Part shown: positions 9,746 to 19,544 of the stretch, one piece after another | Position numbering within the stretch: position 1 is the stretch's first letter | Layout: every line of letters begins with the position of its first letter | Source of the DNA: Candidatus Solibacter sp. | GTDB lineage: Bacteria; Chloroflexota; Dormibacteria; DASZGP01 | DNA length: 64,000 nt | NCBI GenBank assembly: GCA_035569605.1 | Contig: DATMMS010000005.1 | Location: 355,262 to 419,261 of the forward strand | Reading direction: 5' to 3' | Notes under the pieces: generated by a model | Seen by the model: the letters and a program-made list of their open reading frames with translations, nothing else | Database searches by the model: none | What the model was told of the DNA's origin: nothing | Made by a program: the position numbers and the translations under genes

Positions 9746-10370
9746 CGCGAAGGACCCCGACCACAACGCCTTCGACCGTGAGGTCGGGCACCCGGATCGA
9801 CTGGTAGGCGGGGTTGGCCGGCTCCAGGCGATAGCCGGAGGGCTCGCGGTAGAGGCGCTTGACTGTGGCTTCCGACTCGCCCGTCTCGGGATGCTCCAGC
9901 CGGGCAACCACGACGGCGCCGTTCTTGGCCTCGTGCCCGGGCCGGACGGCCACCAGGTCGCCGTCCATGATGCCTTCGTCGATCATGCTGTCGCCACGCA
10001 CCCGGAGCAGGAAGGAGTCCTCGCCGAACAGCCCACTGGCGACTTCGACGCGATCCTCTACGTTGCTCTCGGCCAGGATCGGCGTACCGGCCGCCACCTG
10101 GCCGATGATCGGCAGGCTGACGATGTTGTTGGCCTGGGTGGTCGCCAGAGGGTCCTTCTCGACCAGCTCGATGGCTCGCGACTTGGACGGGTCACGGTGG
10201 ATGTAGCCCTTGCGCTCGAGGGTGTTGAGGTGGTTCTGGACCGTGGAGCTCGAACTCAGGCCGATAGCCAGCCCGATCTCTCGCACGGTCGGCGGATAAG
10301 CCTTCTCCCGGAGCATCTTCCTGAGGTAGTCCAGGATCTCGCGCTGTCGGTGGGTAAGGACCTCTGGCAT
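9726..10370 (-). CDS. lexA: SOS repressor LexA
   Basis: N-terminal wHTH (LTHRQREILDYLRK...PTVREIGLAIGL) plus S24 peptidase domain (VRGDSMIDEGIMDGDLVAV...KRLY); ATG at 10370; the ORF-track start at 10631 is an unsupported extension; 3' end overlaps hflX convergently by 20 bp. Confidence 0.9.
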   Translation of the reverse strand: MPEVLTHRQREILDYLRKMLREKAYPPTVREIGLAIGLSSSSTVQNHLNTLERKGYIHRDPSKSRAIELVEKDPLATTQANNIVSLPIIGQVAAGTPILAESNVEDRVEVASGLFGEDSFLLRVRGDSMIDEGIMDGDLVAVRPGHEAKNGAVVVARLEHPETGESEATVKRLYREPSGYRLEPANPAYQSIRVPDLTVEGVVVGVLRVNPRGF

Positions 10371-10437
10371 GACGTTCCTCCGCGTTGGCGCAGCGCCGGA
10401 GTGGACGCAGGATGCGCTGGTGGCGGTGCCAACAGTA

Positions 10438-10471
10438 GCACAAATGTTTGCCCAGCGCAAACGCATGTTCG
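10438..10471. promoter_or_regulatory. Candidate LexA operator(s) upstream of lexA, between lexA and divergent ferredoxin gene
   Basis: CAAACGCATGTTCG at 10458-10471 (CGAACATGCGTTTG on lexA sense strand; 13/14 match to CGAAC-N4-GTTCG); weaker palindrome-like GCACAAATGTTTGC at 10438-10451. Confidence 0.45.
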
Positions 10472-10606
10472 TGGTGCCTGAGAGGCCCCTTTTGGGGCGC
10501 TTTTGGGCGCCTGACGGGGCCGTCACGTTGGCGGCGCGGCGTTGATAGAATTGCAACTGCTTTTGACTAGGCCCCCGGCGGGGCAACTTTTGGGAGACCG
10601 TCGCCG

Positions 10607-10864
10607 ATGACCTACGTAATCGCCGAGCCATGCATCGGCACCAAGGACAAGTCCTGCGTCGATGTCTGCCCGGTGGACTGCATCCACGGCGCCGACGAGG
10701 ACCCCCAGCTCTACATCAACCCCGAGGAGTGCATCGACTGCGGAGCGTGCGAGCCCGCCTGCCCGGTGACCGCCATCTTCGTGGACTACGACGTTCCCGA
10801 GCAGTGGAAGGCCTACACCGAGCTGAACGCCGACTACTTCAAGACCGGCCGGACCGCACTCTAA
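10607..10864 (+). CDS. 7Fe ferredoxin (3Fe-4S/4Fe-4S)
   Basis: 85 aa; MTYVIAEPC...CVDVCPVDCI...CIDCGACEPACPV cysteine clusters typical of FdxA/FdxC-type ferredoxins. Confidence 0.9.
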   Translation: MTYVIAEPCIGTKDKSCVDVCPVDCIHGADEDPQLYINPEECIDCGACEPACPVTAIFVDYDVPEQWKAYTELNADYFKTGRTAL

Positions 10865-10945
10865 GTTCGCATTTGAGCTTGCGGGGCGGCAGGCGTCGAT
10901 CATGCTGCCTGGCGCCCGGCGCCCCGTGATCACACAGCCAACGTC

Positions 10946-12361
10946 GTGAGCGACCAGCCCACGAGAATGGAACGGGACTCGATGGGCGAGCTCCCGGTCC
11001 CGGCGGACGCGTACTACGGCGCCCAGACACAGCGTGCGGTCCTCAATTTCCCCATCGGCGGTCTCACCATGCCCCCAGGAATGATCAGGGCTCACGCCCG
11101 GATCAAGGCTGCCGCCGCGAAAGTCAACCACGACCTTGGGCTGCTCGACGGCAAGATCGCGGATGCGATAGTCGCGGCCGCCACGGAGGTCGCCGAGGGC
11201 AAGTTCGACGACCAGTTCCCGATCAACGTCTATCAGACGGGGTCGGGTACTTCGACCAACATGAACCTGAACGAGGTCATCGGCAACCGGGCGACTGAGA
11301 TCCTGGGCGGCGATCGGGGCAGCAAGCTGGTGCACCCCAACGACCACGTCAACATGGGGCAATCCAGCAACGACATCATCCCCACGGCGATCCATATCGC
11401 CGCGCTGATGGCGATCGAGACCGAGCTGATCCCGGCGCTGGAGCACCTCCAGGTCGAGCTGGAGAAGAAGTCGAAGCAGTTCTGGGGCACCATCAAGACC
11501 GGCCGCACCCACCTGCAGGACGCCACCCCGATCCGGCTGGGGCAGGAGTTCCTGGGCTGGGCCGGCCAGATGGAACGCGGCGTCGCCCGGATGCGCCGGG
11601 CGCAGGACGAGCTGCGCGAGGTGGCCCTGGGCGGCACCGCGGTGGGCACCGGGGTGAACACTCACCCGGAGTTCGCGCGGCGGGTCTGCGAGCTGCTCTC
11701 CAGGGACCTGGGGGTGACCATCAGCGAGACCACCAACCATTTCCAGGCCCAGTCCAGCCTCGATAACGTGGTCGCCGCCAGCGGCGCTCTGAGAACCGTC
11801 GCCGTGAGCCTCTACAAGATCGCCAACGACATCCGCTGGCTCGGCTCGGGACCGCGGGCGGGGATCGGCGAGCTGGCGCTGCCGGCGGTCCAGCCTGGCA
11901 GTTCGATCATGCCCGGCAAGGTCAACCCGGTGATCGCGGAGTCGGTGACCATGGTAGTCGCCCAGGTTGTCGGCAACGACGCGACGGTCGCCTTCGCCGG
12001 CGCCGCGGGATCGATCTTCGAGCTCAACCTGATGATGCCGGTGGCGGGACACAACCTGCTCAGCTCGATTCACCTGCTGGCGGCGGCGGCGCGGAACTTC
12101 GCCGACCAGTGTGTCACCGGCATCGAGGACACCGGGCATGGGCCCGAGATGGTGGAGCGAGGCCTGATGCTGGCAACCGCGCTGGCGCCGGCGATCGGCT
12201 ACGACACAGCGGCGGACCTGGCCAAGACCGCCTTCAAGGAAGGCAAGACGATCAGGGAGGTCGCCCGCGAGAAGACGGACCTGACTGAGGCACAGCTGGA
12301 CCATCTGCTCGACCCGGCGGCGATGACCGAGCCCGGGGCCAGCGCCGGAGGCGGCGGCTAG
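10946..12361 (+). CDS. fumC: Class II fumarate hydratase-like lyase (fumarase/aspartase family)
   Basis: 471 aa; GAQTQRAVLNF, GSGTSTNMN, TGRTHLQDATPIRLGQEF, GSSIMPGKVNPV signature blocks; FumC versus aspartate ammonia-lyase not fully resolvable without alignment. Confidence 0.65.
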   Translation: MSDQPTRMERDSMGELPVPADAYYGAQTQRAVLNFPIGGLTMPPGMIRAHARIKAAAAKVNHDLGLLDGKIADAIVAAATEVAEGKFDDQFPINVYQTGSGTSTNMNLNEVIGNRATEILGGDRGSKLVHPNDHVNMGQSSNDIIPTAIHIAALMAIETELIPALEHLQVELEKKSKQFWGTIKTGRTHLQDATPIRLGQEFLGWAGQMERGVARMRRAQDELREVALGGTAVGTGVNTHPEFARRVCELLSRDLGVTISETTNHFQAQSSLDNVVAASGALRTVAVSLYKIANDIRWLGSGPRAGIGELALPAVQPGSSIMPGKVNPVIAESVTMVVAQVVGNDATVAFAGAAGSIFELNLMMPVAGHNLLSSIHLLAAAARNFADQCVTGIEDTGHGPEMVERGLMLATALAPAIGYDTAADLAKTAFKEGKTIREVAREKTDLTEAQLDHLLDPAAMTEPGASAGGGG

Positions 12362-12370
12362 AGCGTACTC

Positions 12371-12414
12371 TTGACACGAACGGCTGTTCGTGCATAATAG
12401 CGAACATGAGTTCG
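12371..12414 (+). promoter_or_regulatory. Sigma70-like promoter with two Cheo-type LexA boxes
   Basis: TTGACA 12371-12376, 16-bp spacer, CATAAT 12393-12398; CGAACGGCTGTTCG 12377-12390 fills the spacer; CGAACATGAGTTCG 12401-12414 overlaps the ATG at 12406. Confidence 0.55.
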
Positions 12415-12738
12415 TATGCCGATGTTCACTCTGGCGTCCGCCGTTCGCGCTACTACGCGCCGCCGGTGCCTCGTCGCAAGGCAGCCCGCATCAAGATCGG
12501 CCGGATCCTGGTGGTCCTCGGCATACTCATGATCGTCTTCATGAAGGCAGCCTATGGGGGAGGGCGGACGGGGACGGAATCCATCACCGTGCAGCCCGGC
12601 GAAACGGTTTGGAGCATCGCCGCCATCCGCTACCCGGACGACGACACCCGCAGCAGGGTGGCGGAAATCGTCGAGCTCAACCATCTCGGCAGCGCGCCAA
12701 TCTACTCCGGCGAGCGGCTGAGCATCCCGGCTCAGTAG
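12406..12738 (+). CDS. Small single-pass membrane protein with C-terminal LysM domain (YneA/ChiZ-like architecture)
   Basis: 110 aa; basic N-terminus, TM helix RILVVLGILMIVFM, LysM block ITVQPGETVWSIAA...SGERLSIP. Confidence 0.8.
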   Translation: MSSYADVHSGVRRSRYYAPPVPRRKAARIKIGRILVVLGILMIVFMKAAYGGGRTGTESITVQPGETVWSIAAIRYPDDDTRSRVAEIVELNHLGSAPIYSGERLSIPAQ

Positions 12739-13059
12739 GCACCGTACCCGGCCGGCCCGAAGGGCCGCTCGCGTAGCGTGGACCGGTCTTTGCCGGGCCC
12801 ACGACCGGTACCGTGACCCTCAAATTTGGTGCAAGAAACGCTTTCTGAGAGCGTCGTGTACGACAGAGCTCTTTGTGTGTATGAGTACCTCAGATTTGTC
12901 TGAGGGGGGCCAGTAGTGTTACAACAGTGTTGCAACTGTCACAGGAAGTACTAGGAACAGGGCAAACGCTCGGTGGGATGGCGAGCTTGCGGGAGGATTG
13001 ACGGGGTGAATCGGCGTACTTGTGGGCGTGCAGGCGCACGCCTTGGAAGGGACAGCTAG

Positions 13060-14421
13060 ATGTTCGGCGAACGAATCGCGATTGTTTTCATCACCGCGTC
13101 GTTGCTCCTTGGCGGAGGCCTGGGATACGCGGTCGTGGCCGACTACAACGCGACCAAGAACCTGAAGAACACCGCCACCGCCGGTTCCACCGTAACCACC
13201 GATCTGGGCCCCTCGGCGGAGCCTTCGGCCGCCGCCAGCGCGGCGACTGGGGGAGCGACCGCGACCGTGAATGCCGCCAAGCCGGGGCAGGTGGCGCTCG
13301 CGACCAGCCAGGCGGCCTCCGGCGTCAGCCACGATCAGATCGTCGTCGGCGGCATCTTCGACATGACCGGCCCGGTGGACTCCTCGGTGGAGCGAGACAC
13401 CGTTCGTGCGTACTTCAACAAGGTCAACGCCGCTGGTGGCATCAACGGCAGAAAGCTCGTCCTTACCTACTGCGACTCCCAGTACGACAACGTCCAGACC
13501 CACCAGTGCTCCAACGAGATGGTCAGTGCGCATGTCCTCAGCGTGGTTGGATGGACGGCCCCCAAGGGGGAGAACGACGAGGTCAAGTTCCTTGCTCAGC
13601 AGGAGCAGATTCCGATCATCGGCGGCCTGGGAACGCCGGAAGAGTTCAACTACCCGCTTTCCTACCCGGTCTCAACTTCGTTCACGCGAGCCGGACCGGG
13701 ACTCGCGGACGAGCTCAGCATGAACGGGTTCAAGCACCCGTCGATCATCTACATCAACGACGTGCCCTGGATTCAGCCCGTGCTGCAGGCGATCCTCGAT
13801 TCCCTGCATGCCCGGGGCATCCATGAGGCCAGCGTGGAGCCGGCCGCATCGACGGACCAGGACTACACCGGTCACGTCAACAACCTGCAGCAGGGCGGCC
13901 CTGACTCCCTGATCGCGGCGCTCGACCCGTTCAGCTACGCCCGTCTGTTCTCCGCGATGAACCGCGTCGGCTGGCACCCGCCAGTGATCGGCGCCGGGCT
14001 GGACAAGGGCAACCAGCAGCACGCGTACAGCACCCAGCTGGAACACGCGCAGTCACTGGTGCCCTTCCTGTCTCCGTACGATCACCAGAACAACGCCACC
14101 GTGGTCGACTACCTGAACACCGTCCAGCGCTACTACCCGCAACAGGTGCCGGCGCTGGACATCTACACGCAGATAGCCTGGTCGGCGGCCCAGGTCTTTG
14201 TCGAGGCCGTCAAACGCGCGGGGGCCAACCTCACGCGGGCTTCGCTGGTCCAGGCGCTGAACTCGATCCAGAACTTCGACACCGGGTGGTCGAGACCTCT
14301 GTCCTACAGCGCCAACACCCCTCACGACCCCAACCGTTGCTACACGTACGTGAAGCACGACCCGACGACATACGACCAAGGCGGGACCTGGCACACGTAC
14401 ACCGACTGGAAATGCTTCTAG
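13060..14421 (+). CDS. ABC transporter substrate-binding protein, type I periplasmic binding fold (branched-chain amino acid LivK-like)
   Basis: 453 aa; N-terminal membrane anchor/signal, IVVGGIFDMTGPVDSS...VNAAGGINGRKLVLTYCDSQYD blocks typical of Leu/Ile/Val-binding protein family; first gene of operon. Confidence 0.85.
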   Translation: MFGERIAIVFITASLLLGGGLGYAVVADYNATKNLKNTATAGSTVTTDLGPSAEPSAAASAATGGATATVNAAKPGQVALATSQAASGVSHDQIVVGGIFDMTGPVDSSVERDTVRAYFNKVNAAGGINGRKLVLTYCDSQYDNVQTHQCSNEMVSAHVLSVVGWTAPKGENDEVKFLAQQEQIPIIGGLGTPEEFNYPLSYPVSTSFTRAGPGLADELSMNGFKHPSIIYINDVPWIQPVLQAILDSLHARGIHEASVEPAASTDQDYTGHVNNLQQGGPDSLIAALDPFSYARLFSAMNRVGWHPPVIGAGLDKGNQQHAYSTQLEHAQSLVPFLSPYDHQNNATVVDYLNTVQRYYPQQVPALDIYTQIAWSAAQVFVEAVKRAGANLTRASLVQALNSIQNFDTGWSRPLSYSANTPHDPNRCYTYVKHDPTTYDQGGTWHTYTDWKCF

Positions 14422-15377
14422 CCGGGTTCCTCGGTCACTTCGCGGCGATAACCGTCGCCGGGATCGTGCTGGGCGGAATCTTTGCGCTCACCGCCGTGGG
14501 CATCGTGCTGGTGTATCGCGTCACCGGCGTTCTCAACCTGGCCCAGGGCGCGATGGGGATGTTCTCGACCTTCATGGCCTGGGCGGTGCTCCATTACTGG
14601 CATCCCTTTGCCAAGACCTCGAACCTGGCTTTCAGCACCCCGAGCTCGATCGCGGTGGCCGTCGTCGTGGCGCTGCTTTTCTCGCTGCTGTTGGGCCTGG
14701 CGCTGGAAAACCTGGTCTTCCGCTGGATCCGCGGACGGCCGCCGGTGGTCAAGACGGTCGTGACGGTCGGCATCCTGCTGACCCTGCAATCGTCAGCGGC
14801 GCTGCTCTTCGGCAGCACCCAGTACCACGAGGCGATCCAGTTCTTCGACAGCTCACGCTGTCCTGACACCAACCTTCTCTGCTTCACCATCGTCCTTGGG
14901 CCGGTTCGCTTCGGCTACGACCAGCTGCTGGTTGTCGGAGCGACCCTGCTGCTCGCCACCGGGCTGGCGCTCTTCCTCCGCTACGCCCGAGTTGGGGTGG
15001 CGATGAGGGCGGTATCAGACGACGCCGTCGCCGCCAGCCTGTATGGCATCCCCGTGAACATGATCGGTTCGGTTTCGTGGATGCTCGGGAGCCTGGTGGC
15101 CGCGGTCGCCGGGATCCTGCTGATCTCCATCGGGGTCACCTTCGACACCGTCAGCCTCACGGTTCTGATCGTGGATGGGCTGGCGGCCGCCCTGATCGGA
15201 GGCCTGGTCTCACTGCCGCTTGCGGTCGTTGGCGGCTTTGCGCTTGGCCTTCTGGAGACCTATCCAAAGCTGTGGATCTCGCAGTCGACCGGCCTGCCCA
15301 AGGTCATCGCCATCCTGGTGATCCTGGCGGTTCTGATGCTTCGCAGTGAGCGCTCGCTGCTGAGGGCAAAGACGTGA
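14412..15377 (+). CDS. livH: Branched-chain amino acid ABC transporter permease (LivH-like)
   Basis: Polytopic membrane protein; ATG 14412 overlaps SBP stop; ORF-track start 14286 is an upstream extension. Confidence 0.85.
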   Translation: MLLAGFLGHFAAITVAGIVLGGIFALTAVGIVLVYRVTGVLNLAQGAMGMFSTFMAWAVLHYWHPFAKTSNLAFSTPSSIAVAVVVALLFSLLLGLALENLVFRWIRGRPPVVKTVVTVGILLTLQSSAALLFGSTQYHEAIQFFDSSRCPDTNLLCFTIVLGPVRFGYDQLLVVGATLLLATGLALFLRYARVGVAMRAVSDDAVAASLYGIPVNMIGSVSWMLGSLVAAVAGILLISIGVTFDTVSLTVLIVDGLAAALIGGLVSLPLAVVGGFALGLLETYPKLWISQSTGLPKVIAILVILAVLMLRSERSLLRAKT

Positions 15378-16420
15378 TCGTGGGACGGCGGGGCCGCATT
15401 GTAGCCGGGTTGCTGTCGCTGCTGGTCGCGGCGCTGGTGCCCCTGCTGCTCCCGGTCGGGATGCAGAACCTGGCCATCGGAGGCGCCCTGGCGGTGTCGG
15501 TCCTGTACGCCTTCGGCGTGCTCTCGGTGGTCGTCCTCACTGGCTATGTCGGCCAGGTCTCGTTCTGCCAGGCGACCTTCATGGGGATCTCGGCGCTGGC
15601 AACCGCCGCACTGGTGAACCACGGCCTCAACTACTTCGCCAGCGCCGCCGTCGGGGTCGCGCTCTCGTTCGCGCTCGGCATCATCGTCGGGATCCCGGCG
15701 CTCCGTCTCCGCGGCATCCTGCTCGCTGTGGTCACCGTCGGCGTGGCTCTCAGCTTCGACTATTTCTTCTTCCAGGACGCTTCCTTCGGCTGGTTCAACG
15801 GCGGCCTTTCGGGCTGGAAGGTGGAAGAGGCGACCTTCTTCGGGTTGAGCCTGAACAACCTCGACTTCGATCACCTGATCAAGGTCTACTGGCTGCTGTT
15901 GGCGCTGTTCGCGGTGATCGCGGTCGCGATCGTCAACCTCCATGACTCCGGCAGCGGCCGCCGGTTCCGCGCCATTCGGGACTCTGAGGTGGCGGCGGCC
16001 ACCATGGGCGTCGACCTCACTCGCTACAAGCTGCTCGCCTTCGGCATCTCGGCGGCGATCGCCGGGGTAGGGGGGGCGTTCTTCCCGCTGGTCGAAGGCG
16101 CTGTTACGCACGATCCCTTCTCCTTCTTCCACTCCTTGACCCTGGCGGCGGTGGCGGTCCTGGTCGGGATCAGGTTCATTCCAGCGGCGATCCTGGGTGG
16201 CGTGTTCCTGCAGCTGTTCCCTTACGCGATCGCCAAGCTGGAGCAGGGGTTGAACCACCAGGACATCGGACTGACCTGGTTCAACGCCGTGCTCGGCGCC
16301 CTGCTGGTGTTCCAGCTGATCGTCTATCCCGACGGGGTGTGGGGCTCGCAAGCAAAGCAGACTTCGCACGCCCTGTCGAAGTTGCCGGTTGCCAGGCGCC
16401 CGGTGAGGGCGGTCCAATGA
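15374..16420 (+). CDS. livM: Branched-chain amino acid ABC transporter permease (LivM-like)
   Basis: Polytopic membrane protein; GTGA overlap with livH stop. Confidence 0.85.
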   Translation: MIVGRRGRIVAGLLSLLVAALVPLLLPVGMQNLAIGGALAVSVLYAFGVLSVVVLTGYVGQVSFCQATFMGISALATAALVNHGLNYFASAAVGVALSFALGIIVGIPALRLRGILLAVVTVGVALSFDYFFFQDASFGWFNGGLSGWKVEEATFFGLSLNNLDFDHLIKVYWLLLALFAVIAVAIVNLHDSGSGRRFRAIRDSEVAAATMGVDLTRYKLLAFGISAAIAGVGGAFFPLVEGAVTHDPFSFFHSLTLAAVAVLVGIRFIPAAILGGVFLQLFPYAIAKLEQGLNHQDIGLTWFNAVLGALLVFQLIVYPDGVWGSQAKQTSHALSKLPVARRPVRAVQ

Positions 16421-18138
16421 GCCTGCTCTCGGTGAAAGACGTCAGCCTCTCCTTCGGTGGGGTGCGCGCGCTCGACTCGGTGTCGTTGGAGCTGAACCAG
16501 GGAGAGATCCTGGGCCTGATCGGCCCCAACGGTGCCGGCAAGACCACGCTCTTCAACTGCATCTCCGGTGTGCTGCGCCCGGATCACGGCCAGATTCGAT
16601 TCGAGGATCAGCCGATCCTGCGGCTCAAGCCCCACGAGCGTGCCCAGCGGGGGATAGCCCGGACCTTCCAGGACCTCCAGGTCTGGCACTCCATGACAGT
16701 CCTCGAGAACTGCCAGCTTCCCTTCGACGCGCTCTCCGGGCGGAGCACGATCGCCGACGCTCTGCGGCTGCCGTGGGCCAACCAGGTCGAGCGGGAATCG
16801 ATCGAGCGAGCCCGCGCGGTGCTCCACTCCCTCGATCTGCTCGAGCACAGCGAGCGCCTCGCCGGCGACCTGCCCGTCGGTCTCCAACGCCGAGTCGAGA
16901 TCGCGCGGGCCCTGGCGATGAAACCCAAGCTGATCCTGCTCGACGAGCCGGCTTCGGGCCTCGACGCGGACGAGACCAACGCGCTGGCCGCAGCGCTGAA
17001 CCGGATCCGCGACAAGTTCAACGTCTCGATGCTGCTGGTCGATCACGACATGAGCCTGGTGATGCGCGCCTGCGACTACCTCTACGTCTTGGACTTCGGG
17101 GAGCTGATCTCGACCGGCCGGCCGGAGCGCGTCCGCGAGGATCCCCGCGTCATCGAGGCCTACCTGGGAGCGGCCGCCGAAGCCACGACCGAGGCCGAGA
17201 CGGTGAAAGCCAGGCCGAAGAAGAAGCTCGAGGTGCTGCCGCCGGTGTCGCCTCAGCCATTGCTCGAGGTCAAGGACATGTCGGCGGGGTACGGCGGCAT
17301 CGAGGTGATCCGCGGCATCAGCCTGACCGTCGGGCGCGGCGAAATCGTGGCCTGCATCGGCGCCAACGGCGCGGGCAAGACCACCACGCTGCGGGCCATC
17401 TCCGGGATCCTTCGCACCAACCGCGGCAAGGTGACGTTTGACGGCAAAGACATCACCAGGAAGGCCCCCGAGGCGATCGTCCGGCTGGGCATGGTTCATA
17501 TCCCGCAGGGGAGGGGGTTGTTCCCTCAACTGACGGTTGCCGAGACCCTTCGGCTGGCCTCGTACAGCGGCGCCGCCAGCGTCGACCTGACGCCGGCCCT
17601 GGACGCATTCCCGATGCTGAAGACCCGGCTCAACCAGGCCGTCGGCACGCTCTCGGGTGGGCAGCAGCAGATGGTGGCTCTGGCGCGAGCGCTGCTGGTT
17701 CAGCCCAAGCTGCTGTTCCTCGACGAGATGTCCCAGGGGCTGGCGCCGGCCGTCGTGCAACAGCTGTTCGAGCGGATCGAGCTCTTCCGCAAGAGCGGCA
17801 CCTCGGTCTTCCTGGTCGAACAATTCGTGGACTCGGCGCTGGCGATAGCGGACCGCGCCTACGTCTTCGAACAGGGTTCGGTGGCCGTGGAAGGCCCGGC
17901 GTCCGTGATGCGTCGCGACCGTGATGTGATCGCAGGCGCTTACCTGGGGACGGCGGTCGCGATGGCCGAGGTGAGCAGCAACGGCAACGGACACCACGCC
18001 TCGGCGTTGCTGGCCGACCTGTCGATCAAGCTGCCGGCCGAGTTGAAGCGTGCGGTCCAGGAGCGGGCCGCGAGCGAAGGCAAAGATCCCGGAGAGATGA
18101 TTGCGGAGTTGCTAGCCGCAGGAGGGCGAGCGAAATGA
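16417..18138 (+). CDS. Fused tandem ABC ATPase (LivG-like + LivF-like domains) with about 50-aa C-terminal extension
   Basis: Two Walker A motifs ([12 protein letters not shown]; [14 protein letters not shown]), two signature/Walker B sets; ATG 16417 gives ATGA overlap with livM; tail after the usual ...AYLG end. Confidence 0.85.
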   Translation: MSLLSVKDVSLSFGGVRALDSVSLELNQGEILGLIGPNGAGKTTLFNCISGVLRPDHGQIRFEDQPILRLKPHERAQRGIARTFQDLQVWHSMTVLENCQLPFDALSGRSTIADALRLPWANQVERESIERARAVLHSLDLLEHSERLAGDLPVGLQRRVEIARALAMKPKLILLDEPASGLDADETNALAAALNRIRDKFNVSMLLVDHDMSLVMRACDYLYVLDFGELISTGRPERVREDPRVIEAYLGAAAEATTEAETVKARPKKKLEVLPPVSPQPLLEVKDMSAGYGGIEVIRGISLTVGRGEIVACIGANGAGKTTTLRAISGILRTNRGKVTFDGKDITRKAPEAIVRLGMVHIPQGRGLFPQLTVAETLRLASYSGAASVDLTPALDAFPMLKTRLNQAVGTLSGGQQQMVALARALLVQPKLLFLDEMSQGLAPAVVQQLFERIELFRKSGTSVFLVEQFVDSALAIADRAYVFEQGSVAVEGPASVMRRDRDVIAGAYLGTAVAMAEVSSNGNGHHASALLADLSIKLPAELKRAVQERAASEGKDPGEMIAELLAAGGRAK

Positions 18139-19544
18139 CCAGGCCTCGGTTGCGCACGTCGAAGACAGTCGCGTTCGGTATTTTTGTCGCGTTCACAGGC
18201 CTGCTGCTGCTGGCCGCCACTGTAATGGCCGAGGTGCCCGCAACCGTCGACTCCTACGGCGGCAACGCCTTTGCCTCGGGTGTCCACGTCATCGTCGGCA
18301 GCAACAACGACCCCAACTTCTCCAACGGCGCGATCGGAAACCGGTATCCGCTGGCCCAGGCGGGGCAGGACATCTCGCCGGCATCGTCAGCGACAGCGAG
18401 CGTCGACGACTACGGGCCGTTGGTGTCGACCGTCCTCGGCAATGACTGCAACGCGCCGCCGCCGAGCCCTCTGCCGGCACCGTCGCCGCAGCCCAGTCCG
18501 AACTACTGCCTGGAACAGATCCGCAGGGACGTCCCGTACGCCCGGGCCCAGTTCCCCAACCCGCCCGGTGTGGCGGATCAGACGGTCAACGGTCCGAGCG
18601 ACCCCAGCCTGCCCCCGCTGCCAAGCACGGGCACGGCAAGCGCTCACGCCCGGGAGCTCCGGGCCTTCGCCGATGGCGTCTACACGGGATCGCCGGACGG
18701 AGCCACGTTCACCAACGCCACGGCCCACAGCGAGACCGGCGTCGCCAGTGATGGAACCATCACCGTCCGGACCCATTCCCACATCGGCTCCGCGTGTTTC
18801 GGCAGCTGCGGAGTGTCCAACTGGCTCCAGGTCACCAACACCGACGTGCAGACCATCGTCACCGCCGTCAACGGCAAGCCCGTGCCGCAGGCCGTGGTGG
18901 CGCCAGGACAGGTGCAGTTCTGTTCCGCGCCGGGGAACTGCCAGTCGGTGCAACTCTCAAACAACGGCGTCACCGTCGGAGGAATCGCCCCCCCGACGCC
19001 GCCTCCACCGGTCCCCGGTATTCCCACGTCGGTGCCGGTCCCAGGTACGGGAGCCAGCGGCGAGACCCCATTCTTCAAGGTCCGCACCATCAACCCGATC
19101 AAGTCCGTCAACGGCTCCACCGGGTCCATCGATGCTCTGGGCCTCGACGTCGAGGTCATGCAGCCGGGCAACTCGGGCTCCGGTATTCCCGACTCCCAGG
19201 TCGAGTTCATCCTCGGTGAGGGCCACGCCGACGGCTTCTCGCTGGCCTCGCTCGGTCTTGAGTCCGGCGGCGTCACCGACCTAACCGGCGGTGGCGACAC
19301 CGGCTCGCTGCTGGGGAGCATCGTGGGGGATAACCCAGGCGGCAGCGCCGCCGGCGTCACGCTGCCCGCGATCAAGCACACCGTCATCCGCCCCGGCGGA
19401 TTGGCTCTGGCGGGAGCTCTGCGGCCTCCGTTCATACCCTGGTTCTACGCCTGGGAAGCCTCCGCCTTCGCGGCCGCCGCTTCGATGGTCTGGGCCCGAA
19501 GGAGCCGTCTGAGAGACATTGCCGAGGAGGCGCTGGGCCAATGA
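18135..19544 (+). CDS. Hypothetical secreted/membrane-anchored protein, Pro-rich, Cys-containing
   Basis: 469 aa; N-terminal signal/anchor (VAFGIFVAFTGLLLLAA), C-terminal hydrophobic segment; ATGA overlap with ATPase stop; no family recognised. Confidence 0.6.
   Translation: MTRPRLRTSKTVAFGIFVAFTGLLLLAATVMAEVPATVDSYGGNAFASGVHVIVGSNNDPNFSNGAIGNRYPLAQAGQDISPASSATASVDDYGPLVSTVLGNDCNAPPPSPLPAPSPQPSPNYCLEQIRRDVPYARAQFPNPPGVADQTVNGPSDPSLPPLPSTGTASAHARELRAFADGVYTGSPDGATFTNATAHSETGVASDGTITVRTHSHIGSACFGSCGVSNWLQVTNTDVQTIVTAVNGKPVPQAVVAPGQVQFCSAPGNCQSVQLSNNGVTVGGIAPPTPPPPVPGIPTSVPVPGTGASGETPFFKVRTINPIKSVNGSTGSIDALGLDVEVMQPGNSGSGIPDSQVEFILGEGHADGFSLASLGLESGGVTDLTGGGDTGSLLGSIVGDNPGGSAAGVTLPAIKHTVIRPGGLALAGALRPPFIPWFYAWEASAFAAAASMVWARRSRLRDIAEEALGQ

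Noticed and set aside
10523-12304. 593-aa minus-strand ORF antisense to the ferredoxin and fumarase-like genes
   Set aside because: No recognisable motifs, overlaps well-supported plus-strand genes; high-GC antisense artefact.
13020-13826. 268-aa plus-strand ORF overlapping the SBP gene in another frame
   Set aside because: Arg/Gly/Pro-rich; the SBP frame carries periplasmic-binding-protein motifs.
15260-17997. Minus-strand ORFs (385 aa and 557 aa) antisense to the liv-type permease/ATPase genes
   Set aside because: Opposite strongly supported ABC genes; low-complexity Arg/Asp/Gly-rich translations.
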